DNA of 64,000 nt, taken from assembly GCA_016212855.1 (NCBI GenBank), contig JACRDP010000009.1:89275-153274 (forward strand), read 5' to 3'. The position numbers and the translations under genes are program-made. Below, one piece after another: positions 7,732 to 16,294 of this stretch (the first letter of the stretch is position 1; every line of letters starts with the position of its first letter). Source of the stretch: Elusimicrobiota bacterium (GTDB taxonomy: Bacteria > Elusimicrobiota > Elusimicrobia > UBA1565 > UBA9628). The notes beneath the pieces are model-generated. The model worked only from the letters and a program-made list of their open reading frames with translations. It was not told where the DNA came from and did no database searches.

Positions 7732-8498
7732 AAAGCGCGGGCGAGCGAACGCCACGCGTCGAACGGAATCTCCTCGGCCCGGGCCGAAACGCCGATCCCG
7801 GCGGCGGTAAACGCCGCGTCCACCTCGGCGCGCGGCCTGCCGAGAGCCTTCGCGAGCACGCCCGCGGCCATCTTGCGCCGCTGCGTGAAAGCCGTCTTGG
7901 CCAAACGCCAGAAGCCTTTTTGCTCGGACTCGCTCAGGCGCGGCGTCTTCAGGCGTGTCAGCACGACGACTCCGGAATCGACGGCCGGCGGCGGCATGAA
8001 CGCCGAGGGCGGCACCGTCAGCGCGAGCTCCGCGTCGGCGCGCGCGAGCACCGAGAGCGAGAGCAGGCCGTAGTCGGCGCCGCCGAGCTTGGCGACGATC
8101 CGTTCGGCGACCTCGAGCTGGAACATGAGCACGGCGCGGCTCCAGCCGTCCCACTCGAGCAGACGCTGTAAAATGGGAGTGCCGACCGCGTAGGGCAGGT
8201 TGCCCACGACGACGTACGGCCCCGGGAGCGCGCGCAGGTCCAGGCGCAGGAAGTCCTCGTTGATGATGTGCAGATTCTTGGCCGCATCGCCGACCATGCC
8301 GGGCAATTTAGACGCGAGGATGTCGTCGAGCTCGATCGCGGTGACCTTGGCGCCCGTCGCGAGCAGGCGGCCGGTGAGCGCGCCGCGTCCGGGCCCGATC
8401 TCGAGCACCGCGTCGCCGGGGCCGGCGTTCGCCAGCCCGGCGACGTCGTCCCGTGCGCCTTCGTCGCGCAGGAAGTGCTGGCCGAGCCGTCGCGGCAT
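7722..8498 (-). CDS. rsmA: 16S rRNA (adenine1518/1519-N6)-dimethyltransferase
   Basis: MPRRLGQHFL..., SAM motif VLEIGPGRGALT, GNLPY motif. Directly abuts the murC stop. Confidence 0.9.
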   Translation of the reverse strand: MPRRLGQHFLRDEGARDDVAGLANAGPGDAVLEIGPGRGALTGRLLATGAKVTAIELDDILASKLPGMVGDAAKNLHIINEDFLRLDLRALPGPYVVVGNLPYAVGTPILQRLLEWDGWSRAVLMFQLEVAERIVAKLGGADYGLLSLSVLARADAELALTVPPSAFMPPPAVDSGVVVLTRLKTPRLSESEQKGFWRLAKTAFTQRRKMAAGVLAKALGRPRAEVDAAFTAAGIGVSARAEEIPFDAWRSLARALCP

Positions 8499-9881
8499 CT
8501 AAACGCCCCTGCGGCGGCGCAGAAGATCCACGCCCGTCTTCCACACGTCGCCGGCCCCGAGCGTCAGCACCACGTCTCCGGGGCGCAGGTCGCGCGCGAG
8601 CTCGGGCGCGCCGGGAAACGGCGCGCAGTTCACCCCCGCCTTGCGGGCCGAGTCGATGATGAGCTTCGAGGTCACGCCCTTGAGCGGCTTCTCGCCCGCG
8701 GCGTAGATGTCGGTGACGAAGACGCGGTCGGCGCCCTTGAACGCGGGGCCGAAATCCTTGGCGAGCAGCTTCGTACGCGAGAAGCGGTGCGGTTGGAAGA
8801 CGACGACGATGCGCCGCGCCTTCCAGAGTCGGACCGCGGCGACGGTCGCGCGGATCTCGGTCGGGTGGTGGCCGTAGTCGTCGACGAACTCGACGCCGGC
8901 GGCGGTCCCCAGCCGGTCGAGCCGGCGTCCCACGCCCGAGAAGTCGGCCAGGCCCTTGGCCAGGCGCTTGAGGTCGAAGCCGAGGAACACGCCGGCGGCG
9001 AGTGCCGCGAGCGCGTTGGAGACGTTGTGCTTGCCGGGCACGCGCAGGCGCAGGGTCAGCACCTTCTTGTTATGATGGAAAACGTCGCAAGACGATCCGT
9101 CCTTGCCCATACGCACGTTCTTCGCGCGCCAGTCGGCGTCGTTGTTCACGCCGAAGGTGACGATCGGCCGGGTGACGCGGTCGCGAAGCGACATCAGGTT
9201 CGCGTCGTCGGAACAAAGGATCGCGGCGCCGTAGAACGGGAGCTTCTGAAGATGGGCGACGAAGGCGTCCTTGAGGGCGTCCATCGTCTTGTAGTGATCC
9301 ATGTGATCGTCGTCGACGTTGGTGACGACGGCGACGAGCGGCGTGAGGAACAGGAAGGAGCCGTCGCTCTCGTCGGCCTCGGCGACGAGGTACTCGCCGA
9401 CCCCGAGCTTGGCGTTGCTATGGATGTTCTTGAGCTGGCCGCCGATGATCATGGTCGGACCCGCGCCGGCCTCTTTGAGCGCCATGGACACGAGCGACGT
9501 CGTCGTGGTCTTGCCGTGCGAGCCGGCGATCGTGACCGTCTTCTTCATGCGTCCGAGTTCGGCCAGCATCTGCGCGCGCAGGACGACGGGCACCGCGCGC
9601 TTGCGCGCCCAAAGCACCTCGGGATTGTTCGCGGCGACCGCGGAGGACACGACGACGACCTGCGCTCCGGCGGCGTTCGCCGCCGAATGTCCTTCATAGA
9701 CGCGGATGCCGGCGGCCTGCAGGCGGCGGGTGGTCTCGGTGGACTTCGCGTCGGAGCCGGTGACCTTGTAGCCGAGATTGTTGAGCACCTCGGCGATGCC
9801 GCTCATGCCCACGCCCCCGACGCCGACGAAGTGGATGCGGCGCACGAACGAGCGCATCAGTCCGTTGTCCTGGCGGCTCAT
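8499..9881 (-). CDS. murC: UDP-N-acetylmuramate--L-alanine ligase
   Basis: IHFVGVGGVGMSGIAEVL, GSHGKTTTT, Mur-ligase C-terminal region. I start at ATG 9881 (MSRQDNG..), which forms an ATGA overlap with the upstream stop. Confidence 0.9.
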   Translation of the reverse strand: MSRQDNGLMRSFVRRIHFVGVGGVGMSGIAEVLNNLGYKVTGSDAKSTETTRRLQAAGIRVYEGHSAANAAGAQVVVVSSAVAANNPEVLWARKRAVPVVLRAQMLAELGRMKKTVTIAGSHGKTTTTSLVSMALKEAGAGPTMIIGGQLKNIHSNAKLGVGEYLVAEADESDGSFLFLTPLVAVVTNVDDDHMDHYKTMDALKDAFVAHLQKLPFYGAAILCSDDANLMSLRDRVTRPIVTFGVNNDADWRAKNVRMGKDGSSCDVFHHNKKVLTLRLRVPGKHNVSNALAALAAGVFLGFDLKRLAKGLADFSGVGRRLDRLGTAAGVEFVDDYGHHPTEIRATVAAVRLWKARRIVVVFQPHRFSRTKLLAKDFGPAFKGADRVFVTDIYAAGEKPLKGVTSKLIIDSARKAGVNCAPFPGAPELARDLRPGDVVLTLGAGDVWKTGVDLLRRRRGV

Positions 9882-12205
9882 TTCTTGTCTCCTGTATTCA
9901 CGGTCGCGGCCGCCGGCCGCAACAGCCACTTGAGCCCGTCGGCCGCGGCTTTATTCTTGGGCTGGATCGCGAGCGCGCGGCGCAGCGAGGCGACGGCCGA
10001 GGTCTCGTCGCCGATCATGACGGCCGAGACGCCCCGCCCGAGCCAGGCCGGCACCGAGGCCGGGTCGAGCTCCGCGGCGCGGCGAAACGCCGAATCGGCG
10101 CGCTGGCCCTCGCCGACGGCGGCGTGCGCGAGGCCGGTCGCCGTCCACCAGTCGGCGTCGTCGGGGTGATCGGGCTTTTCCCCGTTCTCGGGCAGCACCT
10201 CGGCGACCAACGCCATCCAGCCGGTGCCGATCACCCAGAGATCCATGTCGTTGCCGACCTGCCGGGGCTGATAGCTGACCTTGGCGGGGTTCTCCGCGTC
10301 GCCGCGTCCCGCCTCGACGGGACGCGTGAAGGTCAGGTTCATGCCGAGGCGCGCGTCGGTGTCCGGGGGCGCCTCGCGCATCGTCTTGCGCAGGTCGTCC
10401 ATGATCTTCTTCACCTGCTCGTCTCGCGGCGCGGCGTCGCCGGGCTTGAGCGCGTAGTCGCGGCGCACGGCCTGCGGCGACGAGGACGCCGGAGCGCCGT
10501 CCTGCCCGTGCGCGCGCGCGAGCGCCTTCCTGAGGCTCGCCCCCTCGCCCGGGCCGTCGCGAACGAGCTTCGGCCGCGGCAGGAACACCGCGTCCACGCG
10601 CATCATCGCGCCCTGATCCAGCGGCACGCGCCGCAGGTTGCGTTCGAAAACCGTCAAGGGATCGGTCTCCTGCGAGGGCTCGGGCTCCGGTGGCTTGGCC
10701 GCCTTCGGGTCCTCGGGAAGCTCGCCGGGCTTGGCGGCGCGCTTGCCGCCCGCGTAGGACACCGAGAGCTGCAGGCCCGGGCCGCCGACTTCGGGCGTCA
10801 GGTGAAAGGCTTCGGCCAAGGTCGCGCGCGCCTTGGAGCGGTCGCCGTTCTTGAGCTGAAGGCGGGCCAGGCGCATGCGCGCGACCGAGTCTCCGGGCTT
10901 GAGCGACACCGCCTTCTTGAGAGTGGAGGCCGCGGCCTTGTCCTCCTTGAGACGCTCCTCGGCGCAACCGAGCTCGAGCATCGCGTCCTCGTAGCGCGAC
11001 TCGAGCTTGACCGCCTCGCGCAGCTGCTCGACGGCGTCGGCGTCGCGCCCGAGCTTGCGGTAGAGCTGGCCGAGCTGGAAGCGGTACAACGGATTCTTCT
11101 TATCGAGATCGACGGCCTTGCGAAACAGCTCCAGGGCGGCGGGCACGTCGCCGCGCGTCTCGCGGATCGAACCCAGGTTCATCTGCGCGTCGGCTCTATT
11201 GGGGTCTAATTCCACGGCCTTAAGAAACGCCGCCTCGGAGGCGATCGCGTCTCCCTTCCACGCGTAGGAGATGCCGAGCAGGAGATACGACTGCGCGCTT
11301 TTCGGCTCCAGACCGAGCGAGGTTTTATACGAGACGATGGACTCGTCCACCTGGCCGTTCCAGTACTGCGCCACGCCGAGCAGCTGGTAGCCCGTGGGAT
11401 TCTTCGGATCGGCCGCGACCGCGCGCTTCATCTCCTGGAGCGCGAGCTCGTACTTTTTGTCCTCGAGATAGCGGTGCCCCTGCTGGAGTCCGCGCATCGC
11501 CTGGGCGGCCATGATCTGGTCCCACACCGTCTCCTGGCCGGGCTCGGTTTTTTCGGCCTGAACGACGGCCGAAAAAATCACCGAACAGAGCGCCGCGAGC
11601 AGCAGCGCGCGCAACCGCGGAAGCATGGCGCGCAACGCCAAGCCGCGGTGGCTGAGCGCGTTCTTTTCGTCGGGTCCCAGCTCGGCCAAGGTGCGGCCGT
11701 CGGGAAGAACGAACAGCGGGTCGTAGCCGAAGCCGTTGCTCCCCCGGGCGCGGTCGGCGATCCGGCCGTCGAGGCGTCCCTCCGCGTATTGGACCTCGCC
11801 GGCGGGACCCGCGAGGGCCATCACGGTGCGGAAGCTCGCCGCTCGCTCGGTCTTTCCGGCCAGCTCGCGGACGAGTTTGGCGCAATTGTCGGCGTACGAG
11901 CAGCCCGGTCCGGCCCAGCGCGCGGAGTACACGCCGGGCGCGCCGCCGAGAGCCGGCACCTCCAGGCCCGTGTCGTCGGCCAAGGCCCAGGTCCCGCAGG
12001 CGCGGGCGGCCTCGACCGCCTTTTTGCGGGCATTGCCCTCGAGCGTGTCCTGGTCTTCGACGGTCTCGGGAAAAGGCGCAAACGCGTCGAGCGACGCGAC
12101 GTCGACACCCGAGAGAAGGCGCGTGATCTCCTCCGTTTTGTGGGCGTTGCGCGTGGCGAGCACGAGGCGGACCGGGTGACGGGACAAGGGGCGAAATGTT
12201 ATCAT
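9878..12205 (-). CDS. rdgB: RdgB/HAM1-type dITP/XTP pyrophosphatase domain continuing in frame into a signal-peptide/TM segment and a long TPR-repeat domain
   Basis: I start at ATG 12205 (MITFRPLS..VRLVLATRNAHKTEEI..GFGYDPLF..SHRGLAL). There is no stop before MLPRLRALLLAALCSVIFSAVVQA/EK (internal ATG at 11626), which is followed by many TPR repeats. The track ORF extension to 13357 is rejected. Confidence 0.65.
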   Translation of the reverse strand: MITFRPLSRHPVRLVLATRNAHKTEEITRLLSGVDVASLDAFAPFPETVEDQDTLEGNARKKAVEAARACGTWALADDTGLEVPALGGAPGVYSARWAGPGCSYADNCAKLVRELAGKTERAASFRTVMALAGPAGEVQYAEGRLDGRIADRARGSNGFGYDPLFVLPDGRTLAELGPDEKNALSHRGLALRAMLPRLRALLLAALCSVIFSAVVQAEKTEPGQETVWDQIMAAQAMRGLQQGHRYLEDKKYELALQEMKRAVAADPKNPTGYQLLGVAQYWNGQVDESIVSYKTSLGLEPKSAQSYLLLGISYAWKGDAIASEAAFLKAVELDPNRADAQMNLGSIRETRGDVPAALELFRKAVDLDKKNPLYRFQLGQLYRKLGRDADAVEQLREAVKLESRYEDAMLELGCAEERLKEDKAAASTLKKAVSLKPGDSVARMRLARLQLKNGDRSKARATLAEAFHLTPEVGGPGLQLSVSYAGGKRAAKPGELPEDPKAAKPPEPEPSQETDPLTVFERNLRRVPLDQGAMMRVDAVFLPRPKLVRDGPGEGASLRKALARAHGQDGAPASSSPQAVRRDYALKPGDAAPRDEQVKKIMDDLRKTMREAPPDTDARLGMNLTFTRPVEAGRGDAENPAKVSYQPRQVGNDMDLWVIGTGWMALVAEVLPENGEKPDHPDDADWWTATGLAHAAVGEGQRADSAFRRAAELDPASVPAWLGRGVSAVMIGDETSAVASLRRALAIQPKNKAAADGLKWLLRPAAATVNTGDKK
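12200..12205 (+). promoter_or_regulatory. -10-like hexamer TATCAT, 7 nt upstream of GTG 12213 (leaderless-type arrangement)
   Basis: TATCAT tttccct GTG with no Shine-Dalgarno. The pattern recurs at other genes in the window. Confidence 0.3.
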
Positions 12206-12212
12206 TTTCCCT

Positions 12213-12506
12213 GTGAGACGGCTCCTCCTGACTTTCCTCGCCGCGGCCCTCCTCTCCTCTTCCGCCTGCCGCAGTTTCAAGCAGGAGGACGACCTCTCGG
12301 ACCAGGCGGTCAAGGTGCGCCTGGAGTCCCTCCTTCGCGGCCGCCGCGACCTCGACCTGAAGTACGTCACCGTCGACGTCAACGCCGGCGTCGCCACGAT
12401 CTCCGGCATCGTGCCCGCCGCCGACCAGGCCCGCGTGATCCGCCGCCTCGCCGCGGGCGTAAAGGGCGTCGACCAGGTCCTCAACAACCTCGTCATCCAA
12501 GAATGA
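12213..12506 (+). CDS. BON-domain lipoprotein
   Basis: Signal plus lipobox (LLSSSAC). BON-like ..DLKYVTVDVNAGVATISGIVPAADQARVIRRLAAGVKGVDQVLNNL. Confidence 0.7.
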   Translation: MRRLLLTFLAAALLSSSACRSFKQEDDLSDQAVKVRLESLLRGRRDLDLKYVTVDVNAGVATISGIVPAADQARVIRRLAAGVKGVDQVLNNLVIQE

Positions 12507-13489
12507 ACGAGCGGCGTTTGCGCGCCGACCTGCTGCGCTGGTACGGCCGGGCCAAGCGCGACCTCCCCTGGCGCCGCAACCCGACTCCCTATCGCGTCTG
12601 GGTGTCCGAGATCATGCTCCAGCAGACGACCGTCGCGGCGGTGACGCCGAAATACCTGGCCTTCCTGCGGCGCTTCCCGACGCTCGCCTCGCTCGCGTCC
12701 GCGACGGAGGACGCAGTCCTTAAGCAGTGGGCCGGCTTGGGCTACTACTCGCGCGCGCGCAACCTGCGGCGCGCGGCTCAGGCCGTCGTCGCCGAGCACA
12801 GCGGCCGATTTCCCGCCGATTTCGACGCGGTGCTCGCGCTCCCCGGCATCGGACGCTACACCGCCGGCGCGATCCTGTCCATCGCCTTCCAGAAGCCCTA
12901 TCCGCTCGTCGACGGCAACGTGATCCGGGTCTTCACCCGGCTCTTCTGCCTCAAGGGCCGCGCGAAGGACCCGGCGTTCGTCAAAAAGATGTGGCCGCTG
13001 GCCCAGCGCCTCGTGCCGGCGGCCCTGCCCGGCGATTGGAACCAGGCCCTGATGGAACTCGGCGCGACGGTTTGCACGCCCGATTCCCCCTCCTGCGGCG
13101 CATGTCCCGTCGCGAAGCATTGCGTCGCGTTCCGGAAAGGGCTCCAGGACGGGCTTCCCCTTCCGGAGATCCGACGCGAGCCCGTGCCCGTGCACTGGAG
13201 CTGCCTTTGGATCGAAAAAAATGGGAAGGTTCTGCTGTGGCGGCGCTCCGACAAAGAGCGGCTCCTCAAGAATCTGTGGGGCCTGCCGGAGGCGGGGCGC
13301 GTCGAGGCGACGCCAGGGCGAATGCTCGCCATGACTTGGCACTCGATCACTCATCACGCCTTGACCGTAGAGCTACGCGAGGCGGCCTTGGCCGGCGGAG
13401 CGCCTCCCGAGTCGAAGTGGGTGCCGCGCGGCGCCATCCGCGACTACCTCGTCTCGTCGCTCTGGCTCAAGCTCCTCCCGTCGCGCTAG
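12503..13489 (+). CDS. mutY: A/G-specific adenine DNA glycosylase
   Basis: I start at ATG 12503 (ATGA overlap). WYGRAKRDLPWR, VWVSEIMLQQT, LPGIGRYTAGAI, Fe-S loop CTPDSPSCGACPVAKHC, NUDIX-like C-terminus. Confidence 0.9.
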   Translation: MNERRLRADLLRWYGRAKRDLPWRRNPTPYRVWVSEIMLQQTTVAAVTPKYLAFLRRFPTLASLASATEDAVLKQWAGLGYYSRARNLRRAAQAVVAEHSGRFPADFDAVLALPGIGRYTAGAILSIAFQKPYPLVDGNVIRVFTRLFCLKGRAKDPAFVKKMWPLAQRLVPAALPGDWNQALMELGATVCTPDSPSCGACPVAKHCVAFRKGLQDGLPLPEIRREPVPVHWSCLWIEKNGKVLLWRRSDKERLLKNLWGLPEAGRVEATPGRMLAMTWHSITHHALTVELREAALAGGAPPESKWVPRGAIRDYLVSSLWLKLLPSR

Positions 13490-13563
13490 GCGCTTTACCG
13501 AACTTTTGCCCCGGCTTCACCGAATTATATCCAGCCTGTAATACCCTTTCGCCGCTCCGGGTC

Positions 13564-13569
13564 TACACT
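13564..13569 (+). promoter_or_regulatory. -10-like hexamer TACACT, 6 nt upstream of ATG 13576 (leaderless-type arrangement)
   Basis: TACACT gcgggt ATGAG with no SD. Nearly identical context at 15143-15159. Confidence 0.4.
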
Positions 13570-13575
13570 GCGGGT

Positions 13576-13935
13576 ATGAGCTTCATTCTGGTGATCGAGG
13601 ACGAGGAGGACATCTCGGAGTTCCTCCGCTATGTCCTGGAAAACGAGGATTACACGGTGAAGACGGCCGGAAGCCTCGCCGAAGCGCGCGCGCACCTCAA
13701 GGTCGGCCTGCCCGACGCCGTGCTCCTCGACCGGGGCCTGCCCGACGGCGACGGCCTCGAGATCTGCCGTGAGCTCAAGAAGGCGGGCGTCAAGCCGCCC
13801 ATCCTCGTCCTCAGCGCCCGAAAAAATCCCGACGAGGTCAGCGAGGGCCTCGCGGCCGGCGCCGACCACTACATCGTCAAGCCGTTCGATTTCATGGACC
13901 TTCTGTCCCGCCTGAGCCCCGCCCAGCCTTCGTAG
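13576..13935 (+). CDS. single-domain response regulator (CheY-like receiver)
   Basis: MSFILVIEDEEDI.., DAVLLDRGLPDGDG, VLSAR, KPF. I start at ATG 13576 inside track ORF 12727..13935. Confidence 0.85.
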   Translation: MSFILVIEDEEDISEFLRYVLENEDYTVKTAGSLAEARAHLKVGLPDAVLLDRGLPDGDGLEICRELKKAGVKPPILVLSARKNPDEVSEGLAAGADHYIVKPFDFMDLLSRLSPAQPS

Positions 13936-15052
13936 CCTTCAGGCGCGCGACAGGCCTCGCTCCGTCGAAGCCCTTCAGCACGACCGTTTCACGCGCGGCC
14001 CCCTCGAGCAGCGGCGACGACTCCCCGTCGATCGCCCCTTCGCTGATCAGGGCCTCGCCCGGCCCGGCCAGGCGCATGAGCCGCGCGGCCGCGTTGACGG
14101 TGTTGCCGAAGTAGTCGAGTTCTCCCGCCCGCTCTTCGCGGATCACCCGCCCCCAGCTGAGCCCGGTCCGTGCTCCGCTCCAGGCGCGGATCTCCGCCGC
14201 CGCCCGGACCCCGGCCGCGGCCGTCGGAAAGCTCGCCATGACCGTGTCGCCCTCGGTCTTGACCACGCGGCCGCCCTGGCGCTCGACCGCCTCGCGCGCG
14301 AAGGCGTGGAACGCCTTCACCGCCGCGTACGCCGTGCGCCGCCCGTCGCGTTCGAAGGCCTCGGCGAAGCCGTCGAGCCCCGCGAACAAGGTCGCGGCCA
14401 GCTCGACTCTCACGATGTCGACAGGGCGCGGCGCGTCAGGCGCGCGGACCGGCTCGGGAAGCACGGGCCTCTCGTCCGTTTCCGTCGCGACCTGGCCGCC
14501 ATCGGCGACGGCCGCCAGCGCCAACGTTTTCTCGACGGGCGCGCCGTAGATCTCGGGCGCCGCTCCGGTCGCGTCCACAAGCACGCGGCCGGCGTGCACG
14601 CCGACGCGCAGCGCGGGCGACTTGGGCTCCGTCGCCCGCAGCGCGGCGTTGCCCGCCTGGATCGCCTCCGCCGCCGCGAGCGCCGACGCGTAGCTCGGAA
14701 AGGCGATCAGGCTGCCGTCTCCGAGACGCCGGATCACGCGCCCGTCGAACGCGGACGCGGCGCTTTCCGCGTCGTCGACCACGGTCCGGATCAGGGCGTG
14801 CGCGCGGCGCGTGCCTTCCTTTAGGTGCAGGGCCGTCGAGTCCTTCGCGTCGAGCGCGAGCAAGCCCACGCCGCGCCTCTCATAGACGCCGGCCTCCGGC
14901 GCCAGATCGAGCGGCGCCGCCGTGGGCGCGGCCGCGGCCGGCGTCACGGGCGGCCGCTCGACGATCGCGGGCACCGGAAGGACCGGGCAGTAAAGGGTCG
15001 GCACGGCGACGGCCAACCGCAGGACGACCAGGGATTTGATCATCGCCTTCAA
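13892..15052 (-). CDS. tandem class III adenylate/guanylate cyclase-domain protein with an N-terminal signal-like segment
   Basis: Two cyclase-homology-like halves (..RRLGDGSLIAFPS..VGVHAGRV.. and ..KTEGDTVMASFPT..YFGNTVNAAARLM..). N-terminus MKAMIKSLVVLRLAVAV. Confidence 0.7.
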   Translation of the reverse strand: MKAMIKSLVVLRLAVAVPTLYCPVLPVPAIVERPPVTPAAAAPTAAPLDLAPEAGVYERRGVGLLALDAKDSTALHLKEGTRRAHALIRTVVDDAESAASAFDGRVIRRLGDGSLIAFPSYASALAAAEAIQAGNAALRATEPKSPALRVGVHAGRVLVDATGAAPEIYGAPVEKTLALAAVADGGQVATETDERPVLPEPVRAPDAPRPVDIVRVELAATLFAGLDGFAEAFERDGRRTAYAAVKAFHAFAREAVERQGGRVVKTEGDTVMASFPTAAAGVRAAAEIRAWSGARTGLSWGRVIREERAGELDYFGNTVNAAARLMRLAGPGEALISEGAIDGESSPLLEGAARETVVLKGFDGARPVARLKATKAGRGSGGTEGP

Positions 15053-15142
15053 TTTATCACCTTGACCGTGCCGCCGTCAGCGCCGTCCGGCCCATAGGCC
15101 GGACGGCAAAAGACCCACCTTGCGCGCCCCGCGAAAACCGTT

Positions 15143-15148
15143 TAAACT
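15143..15148 (+). promoter_or_regulatory. -10-like hexamer TAAACT, 6 nt upstream of ATG 15155 (leaderless-type arrangement)
   Basis: TAAACT gcgggc ATGAG with no SD. Confidence 0.4.
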
Positions 15149-15154
15149 GCGGGC

Positions 15155-16255
15155 ATGAGTCACCGCGTGCTGGTGGTCGAGGACGACCTCGACATCCAGG
15201 GCTACTGCAAGACCATTTTGGAATCCGAGGGCTTCACGGTCGACGCCTGCGACACCGCCGCCGAGGCCCGCCGCCTCTTCGCCGCCAACCGCCCCGACCT
15301 CGCCGTCCTCGACATCGGCCTGCCCGACGGCACGGGCATGGACCTCATGAAGGAATGGCACGCCTACGCCGGCCCCAAGGTCCCGGTCCTGTTCCTCACC
15401 GCGCGCGGGGACCTGAAGACCCGCCTCGAGTGCTTCCAAGCCGGCGCGGTGGACTACGTGCACAAGCCCTTCGCCGCCGAGGAGATGCTCGCGCGCGCCA
15501 AGGTCCATCTCCAGGTCAAAAAGTCTCATGAGGAGCTCGTGAAGCGCAACTACGAGCTGGAACTCGTCGCGCGCGCCCGCCAGGACATGACGGACATGAT
15601 CGTCCACGATCTCAAGGCGCCGCTCACCGCGATCAAAGGCACGCTCGAGCTGATCCACTCGCGGGGCCTCATCAGCCAGGACAACTACTCCCTCCTCCTC
15701 TCCAACGCCGGCACCGCCGCCGATTTCATGCTGTTGATGCTCAACGACATGCTCGACCTGGCGCAGGCCAAGGAGAAGGGTCTCAAAACCGAGATCACCT
15801 TCCTCGACCCGGCCTTGCTGTTGCGCAAGATCGAGAATCTGTTCTCCGGCCGCATGCGCCTCAACGGGGCCACGGTCGCGATGCGCGTCGCCCCCGGCGT
15901 GGAAAAAGTCCGCGCCGACCAGAACCTTCTCTTCCGCATCCTCGCCAACCTCATCACCAACGCGATGAAGGCCGCCCCCGGCGCGCACCCCGTCGAGGTG
16001 GACTGCGGCTACAACGGCGTCTCCGCCCGCTTCATCGTCTCCGACCGCGGGCCCGGCGTGCCCGACAATCAAAAGACGCGTATCTTCGAGAAGTACGTGA
16101 CGTCGGGCCGCAAGGACTCGCCCATGGATACCGGCACCGGCATCGGGCTCAGTTTTTGCGCCGCTGCCGTTTCCGCGCATAAGGGAAAGATCTGGGTCGA
16201 GGACCGGCCCGGCGGCGGCAGCCGCTTTATTTTCGACCTCCCGCAAGCCGATTAA
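15155..16255 (+). CDS. hybrid response regulator-histidine kinase (REC + HisKA + HATPase_c)
   Basis: REC: VLVVEDDLDI..LAVLDIGLPDGTG..KPF. H-box: MIVHDLKAPLTAI. N/G boxes: ILANLITNAMKA, DRGPGVP, GTGIGLSF. Confidence 0.85.
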   Translation: MSHRVLVVEDDLDIQGYCKTILESEGFTVDACDTAAEARRLFAANRPDLAVLDIGLPDGTGMDLMKEWHAYAGPKVPVLFLTARGDLKTRLECFQAGAVDYVHKPFAAEEMLARAKVHLQVKKSHEELVKRNYELELVARARQDMTDMIVHDLKAPLTAIKGTLELIHSRGLISQDNYSLLLSNAGTAADFMLLMLNDMLDLAQAKEKGLKTEITFLDPALLLRKIENLFSGRMRLNGATVAMRVAPGVEKVRADQNLLFRILANLITNAMKAAPGAHPVEVDCGYNGVSARFIVSDRGPGVPDNQKTRIFEKYVTSGRKDSPMDTGTGIGLSFCAAAVSAHKGKIWVEDRPGGGSRFIFDLPQAD

Positions 16256-16294
16256 GGCTTGACTCGGCCCTTACGCTATGGGACCATTGGGCCT

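Noticed and set aside
7732-8154. N-terminal 141 codons of track ORF 6403..8154
   Set aside because: It overlaps the well-supported rsmA gene in another frame and is Arg-rich junk. The hydrophobic protein begins naturally at ATG 7731 (MSLRKRAWAGL..).
8268-10169. 633-aa plus-strand ORF, one of many similar long 'shadow' ORFs (e.g. 6616..8073, 10124..11209, 15077..16246, 20040..21275, 33426..34250, 34868..36163, 36073..37221, 40626..41807, 45434..46684, 47846..48961, 51804..53492, 56424..57392, 60873..61862)
   Set aside because: Each lies antisense to, or out of frame with, a gene that has clear family motifs (murC, valS, top6B, speA, ribBA, ligA and others). Their translations are low-complexity Arg/Gly/Ala/Asp/Glu/His strings, as expected from stop-codon-poor high-GC DNA.
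12206-13357. Upstream 384 codons of the 1159-aa track ORF 9878..13357
   Set aside because: It is antisense to the BON-lipoprotein and mutY genes and has no motifs. The RdgB domain starts cleanly at ATG 12205.
15082-15107. 11-bp perfect hairpin GCCGTCCGGCC-cata-GGCCGGACGGC as a terminator
   Set aside because: It sits between two divergent gene starts (15052 minus, 15155 plus) and has no U-tract in either direction, so it is not a terminator. A possible regulatory role is unsupported.
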